A DNA stretch of 63,785 nt, filler included, from Phoronis australis (lineage: Eukaryota > Animalia > Phoronida): NCBI GenBank assembly GCA_002633005.1. It is 5 parts of 5 records of this genome, joined end to end, with 100 filler letters (N's around TTAATTAATTAA, not from the genome) between each part and the next. Parts side by side here need not be neighbours in the genome. Positions count along the whole stretch, not along the records: positions 27,410 to 41,284 come from NMRA01001573.1; positions 41,385 to 63,785 come from NMRA01001392.1; 3 more parts are not named here. The stretch is one strand, 5' to 3'. The first letter of the stretch is position 1. Each line of letters starts with the position of its first letter. The position numbers and the translations under genes are program-made. A model generated the notes under the pieces. It was not told where the DNA came from. It saw nothing but the letters and a program-made list of their open reading frames with translations, and made no database searches. Below, in pieces: positions 36,300 through 49,355 of the stretch.

Positions 36300-37080
36300 A
36301 AAATTGAGCTAGATCAACTGTTCTGGTAACCACTTCAAACTGCCTTCAATACCTATTGCGTAATCCTCTGTATCAAAATTGGTCACTGCCAGACAATTTC
36401 AGACGGTTATAAACAACGTAAAAAATTGAGCTCGATCAATATAAAAGGTAACCGCATGAAAATAGTTGCAAAATGCTCACCGTGAGCCAAGCTATCACGA
36501 ATGAACACTGCTAGACAAATCTAGTGGTGTGTTTGCCCTGCAAGACACGACCAACTACCCGAGTTGAGCGAGATCAACCCACTAGGTAACCGTTTGAAAC
36601 AAATTGCACGATGTTCAGCATCACTGTACATGGCACCACAGTTAAATGCCAGAAAATTTCAGTACTGGGGTGGCCCTGCCAGAAGATTATCAAAAAGAAT
36701 TAGAAATTGAGCTATATTAACCCAAAAGGTAACCGCTTTAAACCAGTTGCAAATTATTCACCGTAAGCCCAGGTACCGCGAATAAACTGACTGCCAGACA
36801 AATCTAGTGGTGGAATAGCCCCGCCAAACACGCCCAAATATCTGAGTTGAGCGAGATCAACCCAAGAGGTAACTGCAGGAAACCAGTTGCAAAATATTTT
36901 CCGGAAGCCCAGGTATCAAGAATAAATTTTGCCACACAAATCTAGTGGTGAGTGAACCTCGCCAGACACGCCCAAGTACCTGAGTTGAGTTGGATCAAAC
37001 CACCAGGTAACCGTTTGAAACCAATTGTACGATGATCAGTATCACGACACTGCACGTGGCACAACAGTAAAACGCCAAAC
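36300..37080 (+). repeat. Six-unit minisatellite/satellite array, about 140-bp period
   Basis: TTGAGC.AGATCAAC......GGTAAC at 36304, 36426, 36564, 36707, 36847 and 36985. The intervening sequences resemble each other (TGCCAGACAAATCTAGTGG). Confidence 0.88.
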
Positions 37081-37989
37081 AACGTAAGACAAGTAAAGAG
37101 TCGAAACAAAATTGATTATAAACCCATTCACGCTGAATAACCATCACATTGGGGAACCAGGCACTTCGATTTTGACTCCGAACGACATAGGTCACCACAC
37201 AAGATGAGAGATTTTTGTCCCCAAGTATGCGCAGGGTATGAAAACCAGAATCATCGCGCCTGAATTGGGAACTATTTCACAATTTTATGCGACAACAGTG
37301 GAATACCCCAGATGATTCATTATTAAAAACAAAACCTAAAAACCCGTTCGTGAAGGATGGCACATTGTGTTTGCATGAATTTCCATTTTTCGTTGTCCTA
37401 ATTTACCAGTCTAAACTACGTCTCTGTTTTTGGAAGAGTCATTTAATGCAGCTGCTAAAAGTAGGAATAATCGAAATGTCGTCTTTCTTGCTGTCGTCTT
37501 CGTTATGTATGCGCGCCAACTACCTTCATTTTAATCAGTGTTCAATGGCAACTTTGGCAAATCTGATCATTTTTGGCCAATCTACATCCATCAACGGGTT
37601 TAGGGGGATGCAGGGGGCCTGCCCCCCTTTGACAGTATGAGCGTGAGGAAATACTTAACTTAGCAATTAACCCCAGTAATTAAAATGCGGCTGAAACAAG
37701 ATTTAACAATCTGTGCAGATTTAGTTTGTGCGTGCCTATGGGGGGGAGGCTCAGACCCGATTGCAAGCGAGCCCGATCGAGACCGACGGCTCAATCGTCT
37801 TCCGTTTTTTTAGTCCTCCGTTCGTTTTTTTAGTAAAAGTTCTACATTCCCAGGAGTTCGGGCACCTCTAGATTTCAGGCTGGTTGCGCCCATCCAGCCG
37901 AACTTTACGCGTTTGCTCGAGACAAAATATTGGGCCCTCCTTTATGATATCCTAGATCCGCCACTGTCATCTTTCTCATAAACTGAGCC

Positions 37990-38241
37990 CACATAGAACT
38001 CCAGAGATGCGTCAAGACCAATGACGTCAGTGGCAATATCAAGAATTTCCCGTCAATGCTAGATGTATTCTTTGCCCAGAACCACCCGAACTTCGCCAGA
38101 TTGGGAACAATGTTTTACCTAAAGTTGAAATTCGCAGACCCAATATTACGTGAAGTGCTGGAAAACGACGCGTTCTCAGTGCTACGTACGAGGAAGAACT
38201 TCAATAGATCGGCTGTTGACCTCTCTTTGGAACAGTCCGTA
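37990..38241 (+). mobile_element. DNA transposase fragment, possibly Academ-like
   Basis: LQRCVKTND...VFFAQNHPNFARLG...LENDAFSVLRTRKNFNRSAVDLSLEQSV resembles the FFA..H.NYARW ... F...RT......D...EQ..N signature of a large invertebrate DNA-transposase family. The superfamily name is from memory. Confidence 0.5.
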
Positions 38242-38476
38242 TTTTTATGTTTGATATTATGTTCTCCAAAAAGGCTGAAACACCTCAGCGGCACCTGATA
38301 TTAAATACGTATGGTCGTGTTAGATTTCATGGAAACTATCAAAGTTGTAACGTAGGTAAAACATTCTGTTCATGTTGCGAACATGTTATTCACATTTCGT
38401 GGGTATAACGAGGAGTCCTGATAGTGTTTCAGTTTAGTTAGATTGACAATCATTTCATTTGAACGACACAGATATG

Positions 38477-38718
38477 CAGGCTATGGAAGTGTTCGCTTTT
38501 TTTCATAGCGAATATAAAGCACGTTAATTATTCATAGATGTTGTATAAGTTGCTCAGTCACCTTGGCGACGGCCCGGGGCATCCACATTGATAAGCAGGC
38601 TATGGGAATGTTCGCTTTTTGTCTTCATAGCGAATATAAAGCACGTTCGTATTAATTATTCATAGATGTTGTATAAGTTGCTCAGTCACCTTGGCGACGG
38701 CACCGGGCATCCACATTG
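38477..38718. repeat. About 118-bp tandem duplication
   Basis: CAGGCTATGG...GGGCATCCACATTG at 38477-38590 and 38596-38718. Confidence 0.9.
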
Positions 38719-39789
38719 GGGGTATCCAACTACTGTGAATAATCTTTTTGGAAAGTCACTGAACTGCAGTTGAATTAAATAAAGATAATAATTTATGCTT
38801 CACCTTTATACTTTCATTATTAATAGTACAGGCCCGTAGCCGGAGGCAGGATTCGGGGGTTCGATCGAACCCCTCCCTCGCTGAAAAGGTCCATCCCCAG
38901 CATATTCGTTAAAGATAGGGATATGAATGGACAATAACAACAAAATTATTGCAGCTACTGGTCCTACTAACTACAATGTTAACAAAGTTAGTAATAATTT
39001 TGAATTTATGCTTCTGATTTAAAGCACTTTATGTGCCATCGGACTGTACTCGGCAAACTTCGCCCGAGTGCCGCTCTTTATGTAGATGACTGAATCACGC
39101 AAGAGGAGGCTTTATATTATTTATAAACCACGCGCGTGATGGCTACACCAAAGGGTAACAAGTGAGTCCAGAAGTGAATGTCTACAACTGTATGTAAAAC
39201 TGCTCGGCACACCATAGTTTATAGCTGTAACGCGCGCCAGCTTAGCTCATTCGTGCTTCAACGTCCTTACATGTATTTTGAGTTTTGAGTTTAGTCGTGA
39301 TCTATGCCGCAAATTGGTGTAAGTATTTTGTACTTAGTTTTGTTACAGTATATAGTCAGTACTTTAACGTAATTGTAACGCGTACTCTGTAACTTTAATT
39401 AGCGTTGCCTCAAGTAGTTTGACGTTGTCCGAATAAGAATATTTGCAATGTTTAATATTAGTATTGTAACTTTGTAAACGACCAACGTATTGTTCAATTG
39501 TCTCATAGAACGTTTTTTTTGCATGTTACAGTTGGACCGAGTGACTATAAGAAAGAAACAAATAAAGTTTGTCAACGCAACTTATGCTCGAGTTCTCCAT
39601 GTGGCTCTAACGATTTTCGCGACCACAAATAGGGACGGAATCAATTATAGCCGTCGATTCAGCTATTGTTCGCCGATAATTGGATTGTGGGGAAAAAAGT
39701 GAGCGGGGCAAAACTTATCGGTGACCGACTTTGATTTCGTTTCCCGTTTTTGTACATACAGTAACAGTTTAGACCTGCTTGACGCTCGT

Positions 39790-40419
39790 ATGAGAATGTC
39801 TAACGATCAAGTCGAACGTATTAGTTATCCTGATTGGAACAAGTTGAAACCAGGGGATCATTTGATGTTTCGTTCAGGTAAACGGTATACCCACCATGCC
39901 ATTTTGGTTGACGTGGATATTGAGAGTCGTCGGTTAAAGGTGATTCACTATTCGAGAAATTCGTCATCAAATTCATTTAGTTCACCCCGTGGAATTTCGC
40001 CCTTTTGGGGCAATATGGCCTATGGAATGCTCCTGTTCCCATGGGTAGGGTTCGGGGCCGGCGCATCGTTCCTAATTGCCAGACAGGTGTGGTCCAACTT
40101 GAAGAAGTCCAGTGCATCGTCATCGGGCCTTAGTTCAAGTGGATCGATGTGGTCAAGTAGTGGTGGTATGGTGCCAGGAATTTTTATGAGCGTAAAAGAA
40201 GAATGGAAATACGTTGGTCCTGATGAACTTATGGAAAGAGACGTTAGACCCGCCGAGTTTCCGCCTGATGAAGTAATTAAGAGGGCAAGACAAAGAGTGG
40301 GGGAAAGCAAATATCAACTATTGAAGAATAACTGTGAACACTTTGCTAATTGGGTAAGGCGAGGTATTTCTGAAAGTCGGCAAGTCGACCGTGTTCTGAA
40401 CCCTTATATACACAACTGA
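39790..40419 (+). CDS. LRAT/PLAAT (HRASLS)-family permuted NlpC/P60 acyltransferase/phospholipase
   Basis: LKPGDHL, YTHHAI, VIHY and RARQRVGE..YQLLKNNCEHFANWVRRG give an intact His-His-Cys set. ATG at 39790 or 39796, AG acceptors just upstream (39760-39770) and a candidate 5'UTR donor GTAAGT near 39318. Confidence 0.92.
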   Translation: MRMSNDQVERISYPDWNKLKPGDHLMFRSGKRYTHHAILVDVDIESRRLKVIHYSRNSSSNSFSSPRGISPFWGNMAYGMLLFPWVGFGAGASFLIARQVWSNLKKSSASSSGLSSSGSMWSSSGGMVPGIFMSVKEEWKYVGPDELMERDVRPAEFPPDEVIKRARQRVGESKYQLLKNNCEHFANWVRRGISESRQVDRVLNPYIHN

Positions 40420-41284
40420 AGCAACCTTTTTCTTAACTGAGTGTTTTAGGATAGATTAAGACAGTGTCCGTTACGGCAACTTCATTGTCTGTCGGTGTTC
40501 ACGCAGCATCGTCGACTTCAACAGGGGCATACGCGTGTAGCCGATACCTTGAGGGCGACAATGTGTGTTTAGTATCGCAATATATGCCACAAGAACTGTT
40601 CTCATAAAAGCACGAAATCTTGTCACCTACAACTTGCACGCACCTGGGAGGGGGTGGCTCGAGGGGCTCGAATGATCCCCCATTTGGCGAATGGGGCAAC
40701 AAGGTCCGCCTTAGGGAACCAAAAAGTCCGTGAAAAAGTCCACTAAAAAGGCGTGGTAGCCCCCTTTTTGTCCTCTCGCTTTTTGTTAGCAAAATGTCCA
40801 CTTAGCCAAAAATTCGAGCCCCCTATATTAAAGGCTGGTTGCGCGCACGTACAATGTTATGTGAATGCATTTTGAAAGGATAATGATAACTACATGTACA
40901 GCGACATTTGCAAACGTCGCTAAGATCATAGAGGGTACAATTTTTATTATGCTAAGTATTGGCTTCTATTGCCTTTGGTCTGATATTTGTCATGAATCAC
41001 ATAGTGCAAATTTGCAAAGGAGTTATACAATGCAACGTCTTGCTAAGAAATGGGTTTTCCAAGAAATTTAAAATAGCAACTACATTTATGAAATTCCAGT
41101 GCAGTGACTATGACATATATTGTAAGGCCATTATTGATCTATGCTCTGAGTGAATAACACAACAGAATAGCTTAAAGGCACTATTTCCGCTTCATTTTTG
41201 TTAAAAATTTCATGAAACGGATCTTTACGCAAACACTTTTATTCGAAACCTAAGCCCAAATAACAATCTTCGCCATGACATCGA

Positions 41285-41384
41285 NNNNNNNNNNNNNNNN
41301 NNNNNNNNNNNNNNNNNNNNNNNNNNNNTTAATTAATTAANNNNNNNNNNNNNNNNNNNNNNNNNNNNNNNNNNNNNNNNNNNN
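41285..41384. other. Artificial contig linker
   Basis: 44 N + TTAATTAATTAA + 44 N. Confidence 0.97.
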
Positions 41385-42541
41385 AGTGGCGACGGAATAC
41401 CCATTTCTTTTAGACTAGAACATGTTTCCATTCTGGTAAATCTCGGCAGACATGGCGTCATATACTTTGTTGAAACCACGACATTGCAAACTTGTCCGTT
41501 TACAACACAAACAATTAGTGACTGGTCGCAATAAAGCATATTAAATTCTGACTTAAGTTTGACACAAATGCAATTTTATTACGACGTCACAAATATTTGA
41601 CAAAATTCCCCAATAATTCTGACAGGAAGTTCACCCAAGTTTGGTCAAGTCTTGACAGAATACTGTCATAATTAATTTTGAAACAACTACACAAAAATCT
41701 GCATAATTTTAAGTATTTTCTTGATGTTTATTTTAAAGACAGATGATAGAAAACAAAATTGAAATCATTGGAGTGAGAGCTTGACGTAATTAATGGAAGT
41801 CAGTTTTCAGGTTCTTGTCAAATAAAAATAAAAGCCATGATAAGAATCGATCCATTACAACAGAAAAAGTGAGGTAAGAACAGGCTAGACACTTAACATG
41901 GATATTTCAGTAGATCCAAGCACTCCGACATCAGACAGTGCGTGACTAAAAAGACTACATGTTGCCTCTGACCAGAGTAATGTTACTTTTGAGGTTTCAG
42001 AAAAATGGAGAATAAAGCTATTTTGATTTGGCTACATCCAAAAGAAACTAAATTCTACAAGCATGGAAGTTTGGCTAAAGATCCTTCAGCAACTCATTGC
42101 ACAGACTGAGATGGAAAAGTTACAAACTTCAAAAACTGCCTGAATTCATAATTTTCTGAACTGAGTCTTTGCTAAATACACACCCAACTCTCTTGCACAT
42201 GATTAAGCTCAGTTTTCTCTTAGTATTTACTTATGTTGAAAATTTTGATAATATTATTTTCACTGTTCGGTCATACTGTGTTCTAAATTTAAGAAACTTT
42301 ACTGTACTTTGGATAGGATAAGATAAATGTTCCATAATTGCCAGGAAAGAGATAAGGCACTTCACTGTAATTGGCAAATACTCTGAGAAAAGTCACGGTG
42401 GATTCAGATGTCATGTGATTAGATTGGTCAATTGGACACATGACACAAAATCCAAATACCTCTACCGTGACAAAAATACGAATAAAATGCTTTCCAGTTA
42501 AAGGTCACCGCGATTTTGTGTAGCAGCACTTCCCCCCCTCC

Positions 42542-43043
42542 CCCGTGGTTAACATCAGCTGGCATATCATAAATCTCGCATCACTTGATATCTATGATCA
42601 CGCATGTAACATTGAATCATACTGTGAAAAAATCCACATTCACACAGGCAGGTGAATTTTTATCAGAAGGCAAATAGAATGTCTGAATGTGCCAGCAAAT
42701 AACCCACTTACCAAGAGCAAACTACCAGTAGCATATGCTGCAACTCTTCATAAGCAAAATGCTGTTGGGCATTTGTGTACGACCACCATAANCCCGTGGT
42801 TAACATCAGCTGGCATATCATAAATCTCGCATCACTTGATATCTATGATCACGCTTGTAACATTGAATCATACTGTGAAAAAGATCCACATTCATACAGG
42901 CAGGTGAATTTTTATCAGAAGGCAAATAGAATGTCTGAATGTGCCAGCAAATAACCCACTTACCAAGAGCAAACTACCAGTAGCACATGCTGCAACTCTT
43001 CATATGCAAAATGCTGTTGGCCATTTGTGTATGACCACCATAA
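42542..43043. repeat. Near-identical 250-bp tandem copy split by n, likely an unmerged haplotype overlap
   Basis: 42542-42791 and 42793-43043 differ at a handful of positions and the junction is exactly the n at 42792. Confidence 0.85.
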
Positions 43044-46000
43044 GTGAACAATTACAGGACTGGAGTGTAAGGTAGCTTTTTTCATTGCAGGTATGACAAC
43101 AGGTCTGCAAACTGCTTTGAGGGTTGACCGTTAGTTATAAGAGATGTCTCACGAGAAAAATTCATAAGTGAAGTGATTTTGTGACGGCAGATAAAAAAAC
43201 GATTCCAGTCATCAAACGTCATGCGAATGCAATAAATATGAAATCACAAACTATAGAATATTATAATACAATAAATGTTCTGACAATGGACCAAGTGAGC
43301 AACACTATCAAAACATTTTTCTTCACTGAATACTAGAGGGCTGGGCTGAAGCCAAATTCACCATCAGACCAGTCTTCCATTATGACTAAAGGGGAATTAA
43401 CAACAACGTTAGTAGGGAAGATGGCTAAACCATTTTGCAAATAGAATTTCGCCACCTCAATGATTAGTACGGCAGTACCAATCAGTTTTACTGTTGCAGG
43501 TATTTTATGATTACTTTTGTATTGAAAGGACCATTTTAGAAAAATAATGGTATGGGTAAACTGACCCACACGGCCTCGAGTCTATGGACCATAGACAGAT
43601 TAACAGTACAATATACCGTGTCCCATACTAGTATAGGCAGAAACAAAAGGGAATGTCTCCTAATTGTTCTATTAGTTGTTTCCCAACATTTCCTGAATCC
43701 TGAATTATTCTGAATCATGAAGTTCAGTACATTTTGCCCACACATATCCAGCTGTATACAAACCATCAAGTGAAGACATAAAACCAGTACATTACTAGTC
43801 AACAAGGTGTTGGTGTCTTTCTCTGTCAATCTTAGCTAAAGGTTACCGGTTTATTACGTAAGTTCACACAACAATCTTCAGAGCCATTTTTCTCTCTGTC
43901 TTCAATTAAAAGCCGCAAACCAAAAATAACTTGGGACAACTGTTGTGACCACCATTAAGATAAATTACTTTAAGAAGATGTGTGCTTCAGTGCACGGCTT
44001 CCAGCTTATAATTAGAACTGGGTTTTAATCCCATCCACTGATTTTGGGTTATCTTGTTGATCAAAAATATCTTCCAAATGCAAACTGGTCTTTACTAAAT
44101 CTAATCGCAAAGCAGTTTACACATCCTTTCCCACTGGATCTGAAGCTTCGGTCAATGGGAACACTTAACTTGTGTCGTGAATCAAAGATAACAGCACAAG
44201 CTAAACATGAAGTAAAGAGGTGCATTGAACAGTGAAGTGCCAATGCTTCGCTACTATGGGAACACTTAACTTCGATGACATCGGAGTTATCGGCAGGGGT
44301 CTTTGCCTGCATTTGCCAACAGTGGGCAATGAATGTTAACTGCTTGTTAATATTTGTTCTAATAATTACTATTTTGGCAGTATAAAGCAGTCTATTTCAA
44401 TTTATCCATCAATTTGCTGGATTCTTTACATTAAAAAATCAAGGAGTTCCCGCCATGCCATACCACCTTTGTTTGGATCAGCTGTTAACCTGCGCAAGAG
44501 TCAATTTTTTCATATGTCATTTTCTAGTACATCGTCATTGTCCCACCCAACTTGCCAACCATTGGCTCCCTTGTGAAGTCGACGTTCTAATTTCCATCTG
44601 GGGAGAGGTCCTTCCCAAGTTTGACGGCAAGCAAAAGCAGCAAGGCCATACCACCAAAGGTCATATTAGCGCCACCTTGTGATAACTTTGCAGAACTATA
44701 ACTCCAAAGCTGATGGGAACACTAACGCTTAACTTCGTGTTTAATCACAGTTAAAATTGAAGCTTCAGTGATAGCGAAGTTAACTGTATGGGAAAGGACC
44801 TTAAGAATTCCCATGAGACTCTGCTTACGGTCGTTCAGGACCTTAGAAAAACGACTAAATTTGGCAAACTTCAGAACACATAATCTCTGAAATGACTGAT
44901 CGCATTCATACCAAAACTTTCAGATACCGTGCTTTTTGCACTGTTCTCCAAAACTATGTTTAGAATTGGTTTTAAAATTACACACTTTTGCAGGAGAGAC
45001 TATCAAACAATACGACTTTTATGGCTTTTGTGAAAAAACTCAAAAGCTGTATGTAATGAAAACGAAATGAAAATTTAGAAAGTTGTAAAAGCATTTTTAA
45101 GATTCCGAACATTTACATTAAACAAAATGTGGGCGTGTCTGTGATGCCGTAGTTTTGCTGATGCATGTACATTTATTTTGCTTACAATATTGCTAAAACG
45201 ACATGGTCATGTAACCCAATTAATAGCAGATTGGTATAAAGTTAAAAATCACTATTATACAGGCATTCCACATTCTGAAAATATACACTCTTATCCTGTC
45301 GAAATCTATAGTTTTCTAGACATGTGACTAAATACCTGTCAAGGCACAAGGTCTTACATAACCTTAAGCTTAGGACATTACTGTTATCACACTAAATTCA
45401 CCTGTTGTAAAAACTTAACTCCATCCCTGTATATAGCATACATGGATTTGATTTCAAAGAAAGCTCAATAACACAGTTGTAAAGGAATTATGAATGCAAT
45501 GAAGCTGTAAAAACTTATTCATATTATGCTTTGTGCAATCAATAGAGTTGAATGGCACTCATTAGAGTGGCTACTTGACTAAGCTTCCAGCAACAAATTA
45601 GCAATTGATGAATTTCAAAGTTCCTATGCTGTCATCACTTTAACATTAAGATTCACCTTAGTAAACTACTCTTCAACATGCTCTGCAATATACAGATGAA
45701 CCTGTACCCCTTGACAGTCTATTTTGCATAATTATGCACACCAAAGATGCAGTTGAAAACAATTACTAGTAAAAAACAAAGCACAACACCAGCTTTGCAG
45801 CATACATAGTCAATCCGAAACATTTACCGTATTCGCCCTAATAACCGCCCATGCCCCTATAAGCGCCCTCCCCACGCGTTTTCAGACTTTGCTAAAATAA
45901 GCGCCCAGCCCATGAACATGTACATGCCAAAAATGCCTTACCTAAAGTCCTAAAATTCTACAGTAACGTCTTCAATTTATCAATAATATCCGACAGTCCT

Positions 46001-46086
46001 GAAAAAAATCATTGTGCGCAGACCACGAGTCTCGCTGCTATGTCTGTATTTAGCCCTGACTATACACTTCAAACTTCGGCCGTGCC

Positions 46087-47109
46087 CAGGGCTTCATCCA
46101 GGATTTCGAACATAGGGTGTCCAAAATGGGTTCCCAATATTCCAGGGCGTCCATGATTCCAACGACGCATTACCCCCTCCCCACCACCATTCACCAGTAA
46201 CCCCCCCCCAAACACACACAGTGAGGCTTTTTTACAATTAAAAAATGCGTTGAACAAGGCTTTTACACCTAATTTTACAAAACAGCTCCCTTGTATTGGG
46301 CTTTTTTAAGTACTAAAAAACTGTTGATAAAGACTTTTATGTTTAAATTTACGAAAACAGCCAAAAAGCTTACCAAACAGGTATTACAGATATTGGTTGA
46401 ACGATGAGTGCACTGTTTTTGGTCATCTCAAGTCAAATTCTGTTGTAAAGTTTATTATATCAACTTCACTAGCTTTATATTCTGTACAATGAGTCATCAA
46501 AGCTGCAGTTACTAACAAAAGAAAAATGCACAGATGATGTGTGGTTTATATTTTGGCAACAGGTGTCACTGCTGCTCCATTTTAGACGCACATACAAAAG
46601 CATAAAACGGGCGAAAACTCAAACATTTTAAATGGGGATATTCTTGAGGCACATCATATTATTAAAATAATGACATTTATTTCGCTTTTGGTGTTTTCAA
46701 AAAAAGATGAAGTAGATAAAACTACAGCTCTGAAACACCAGTTTGGAGTTGAGCAAGGTCCGTGTCCCTATATAAAGTACAGAATTGCAGTGGCACATGA
46801 GTTTACTGAAAGCAGACACTCTGGCAACCAAACACTGCTAATGATTGACAGGTCTACCAAATAGTTTGAAAATAGGATGAACATTGCAACATTTGAAATA
46901 CATTGTATATTTCTTTCTGAGTCCAAAGGGCCAACTTCTCTCTTTGATTAACTGGGAGTCTTAGTAATCTTACAATGTGGGTGTCCAAACTGGAGAAATT
47001 CTGATTGACAGGGCGTCCAAATGATACATTGGGCGTCCTTGCCAGAGTGTCTACATTAGTGCTAGGGCGTCCATTTGGACGCCTAGGACGTACGCTGCAT
47101 GAAGGCCTG
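46087..47109. mobile_element. hAT-type non-autonomous element, 1023 bp
   Basis: TIRs CAGGGCTTCATCCAG / CTGCATGAAGGCCTG and a perfect 8-bp TSD GCCGTGCC at 46079-46086 and 47110-47117. Confidence 0.9.
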
Positions 47110-47501
47110 GCCGTGCCTAAAAACGAACACAAAAGTTTTGCTGATCTTCTTAAGAATGTTTCCCACTATGGTCTGGCCTTTCAGAACAGACGTAGCGTAC
47201 TTGTCAACAAGATTGTATTGAAGATATTTCAAGCCCTCAACAGGAATACAACTTTCTTTGTACACATGAAAACCCGGCATGAATCGAAGACAAATAAAAA
47301 ACTTGGCCAGTGTTAAAGAAGCACGTGGCCAGAAAGAGCTTGATGCATACATGTACCAGTCATCAAAGACATTAGTCGGGAGCTATCCATTCATGAAACG
47401 GGTAGCATAGCATCGACAAGAAATGAATATTGGCACTAATTTCCGAAAGTTTCTAATACTATAAAAATGTTTGCGTTATTTTTAGAGGGATTGTTTGATT
47501 A

Positions 47502-48892
47502 CCGTATTCGCCGTAATAACCGCCCATGCCCCTATAAGCGCCCCCCCACGCGTTTTCAGACTTTGCTGAAATAAGCGCCCAGTCCATGAACGTGTACATG
47601 CGAACAATGACATACCTACAGTCCTAAAACTCGGCTACAGGAACGTCTTCAATTTATCAAAAAAATTTTGCACGGGTCTTCTAGACCACCAGCGGCACTG
47701 CTACGTTTGTATTTAGCCGTGACTTTACATTTCAAAGTAACGCAGCGCTTCAAAAAGAACGCAACAGCGTTGCAAGGCTCTCGCGACGCCTTCCAGTAGA
47801 CACATCGACTGTCTCATGAATAAAAATAACTCGGTGTTAAACGCACGTGGCCAGGAAGCGCGCGATACATACATGAACCTGTCATCAAAGACATTAGTCG
47901 GGAACTATCCATTCATGAAACGGGTAACATAGCATTGATAAGAAATGAATATTGGCACTAATTTCCGACAATTTCTAATACTATAAAACATGTTTGCGTT
48001 ATTTTTGAGATGGATTGTTTGATTAACCATAATTGGTGTTTTTAAGCCGAATATCCGATAAAATGACAACTGACAGTGAATGCTTACACACCCTTACACC
48101 GAAAAATAACTGTCAGATAGTTACGTACGCATCCAGCTACACGGCGACTAATATGGGCCTTACCGAGACAAATGTCGAAAGTTTTTAGCACGAGACCGGC
48201 AAGTGCTGAATGAAACACGCTCTGGTTTAGGCCTACTGCTTGTGCAAATTTCTTTAGACACATCTTACTAGTTAGATTGCGTGGCTCTGGCCAAAAGACG
48301 GTCTCTGCTTTGGCAAATGAACTCTGGTGACACGCACGCGCTCGCTTACTCGCAGACGAACTTCAAAACAAACGTCACGTGACAACAACATGTGTGTTCG
48401 TCCAGACATTTTTCTCGCCGTGTTGCCGATCATACATGTAGATGGCACGATGTTGTACAGATTTGTACTTAAACCTGCCGTTAATCCAGATTCCACGGGA
48501 ACTTAAAAAATCTTGGAGACGCTACTTATAAAACTTAATGAGGATTTCAGGTAATTTGCTTGAGGTGAAAAAATGTTTATTCAAGCAGTGACGTCGCCGT
48601 ATCGAAGACGGCGATTTCGAGGCAGTCAGTCGGCGAGTTTTCGCCCTGGGATTTCAGCACAATTTTCTGTAACATGATCGTAATTTAGCAGCAAAGTTTG
48701 ATAGCAATGCACCACAGTTTTGTTGAAAGTCTTTCATAGATTACATATACGTCACAGCGTAAATTTGATGAATCTTAGCTTCCGATTTCACCTGTTTCGG
48801 AGACCGGGTTTCAATCGCCTTGGGTTATAATAAGCGCCCCCTCTGAACCGAACTTTTCTAAGCGCCCTGGGCGGTTATTACGGCGAATACGG
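47502..48892 (+). mobile_element. Tc1/pogo-type MITE, complete inner copy, 1391 bp
   Basis: Perfect 25-bp TIR CCGTATTCGCCGTAATAACCGCCCA and TA TSD at 47500-47501 and 48893-48894. Confidence 0.92.
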
Positions 48893-49264
48893 TACTCATA
48901 ATTGGTGTTTGTAAACCAAATAATCGATAAAATGACCACTGACAGTGAATGCTTACACACCCTTACACCAAAAAATAAATGTCAGATAGTCACGAATGCA
49001 TCCAGCCACACCGCGACTAATATGGGCCTCAACGAAACAAATGTCGAATGTTTTTAGCACGAGACCAGCAGGTGATGAATGAAACACGTTCTGCTTTAGG
49101 CCTACTGCTTGTGCAACTTTCTTTAGATACAATGCACATCTAACTCGTTGGATTGCGTTTACTCTTGGCAAATGAACTCTGGTGACACGCACGCACTCGC
49201 TTACTCAAACACGCAGACGCAGTTCAAAACAAACGTCACGTGACAACAACATGTGTGTTCATGC

Positions 49265-49355
49265 GTGTTAAGTTGTGTAAATTAGAATTGGGTGTTAAGT
49301 CGTATAAATTGGAATTGGGTGTTAAGTCATATAAATTGGAATTGGGTGTTAAGTC
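49265..49355. repeat. 27-bp minisatellite, about 3.3 copies
   Basis: GTGTTAAGTCGTATAAATTGGAATTGG repeated. Confidence 0.85.

Larger units (their letters stand above)
45827..49260 (+). mobile_element. Tc1/pogo-type MITE, outer copy (right end lost, hosts two insertions)
   Basis: TA|CCGTATTCGCCCTAATAACCGCCCA left end. Colinear with 47502-48892 once the insertions are removed; similarity ends near 49260. Confidence 0.8.

Noticed and set aside
36300-37080. CRISPR-like repeat-spacer array
   Set aside because: The spacers resemble each other and exceed 100 bp, the repeats are degenerate, there are no cas genes and the context is eukaryotic.
8897-41384. Repeated TTAATTAATTAA palindromes and gene neighbourhoods across them
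   Set aside because: They are identical synthetic linkers inside N runs, so adjacency of segments carries no biological information.
42542-43043. Recent biological tandem duplication
   Set aside because: The junction is an n and the copies differ like alleles, so it is most likely an assembly artefact.
44805-44830. Possible second OGDH exon (SWEFLRS)
   Set aside because: The splice phase does not fit, downstream residues do not resemble OGDH, and it lies in a MITE-like repeat.
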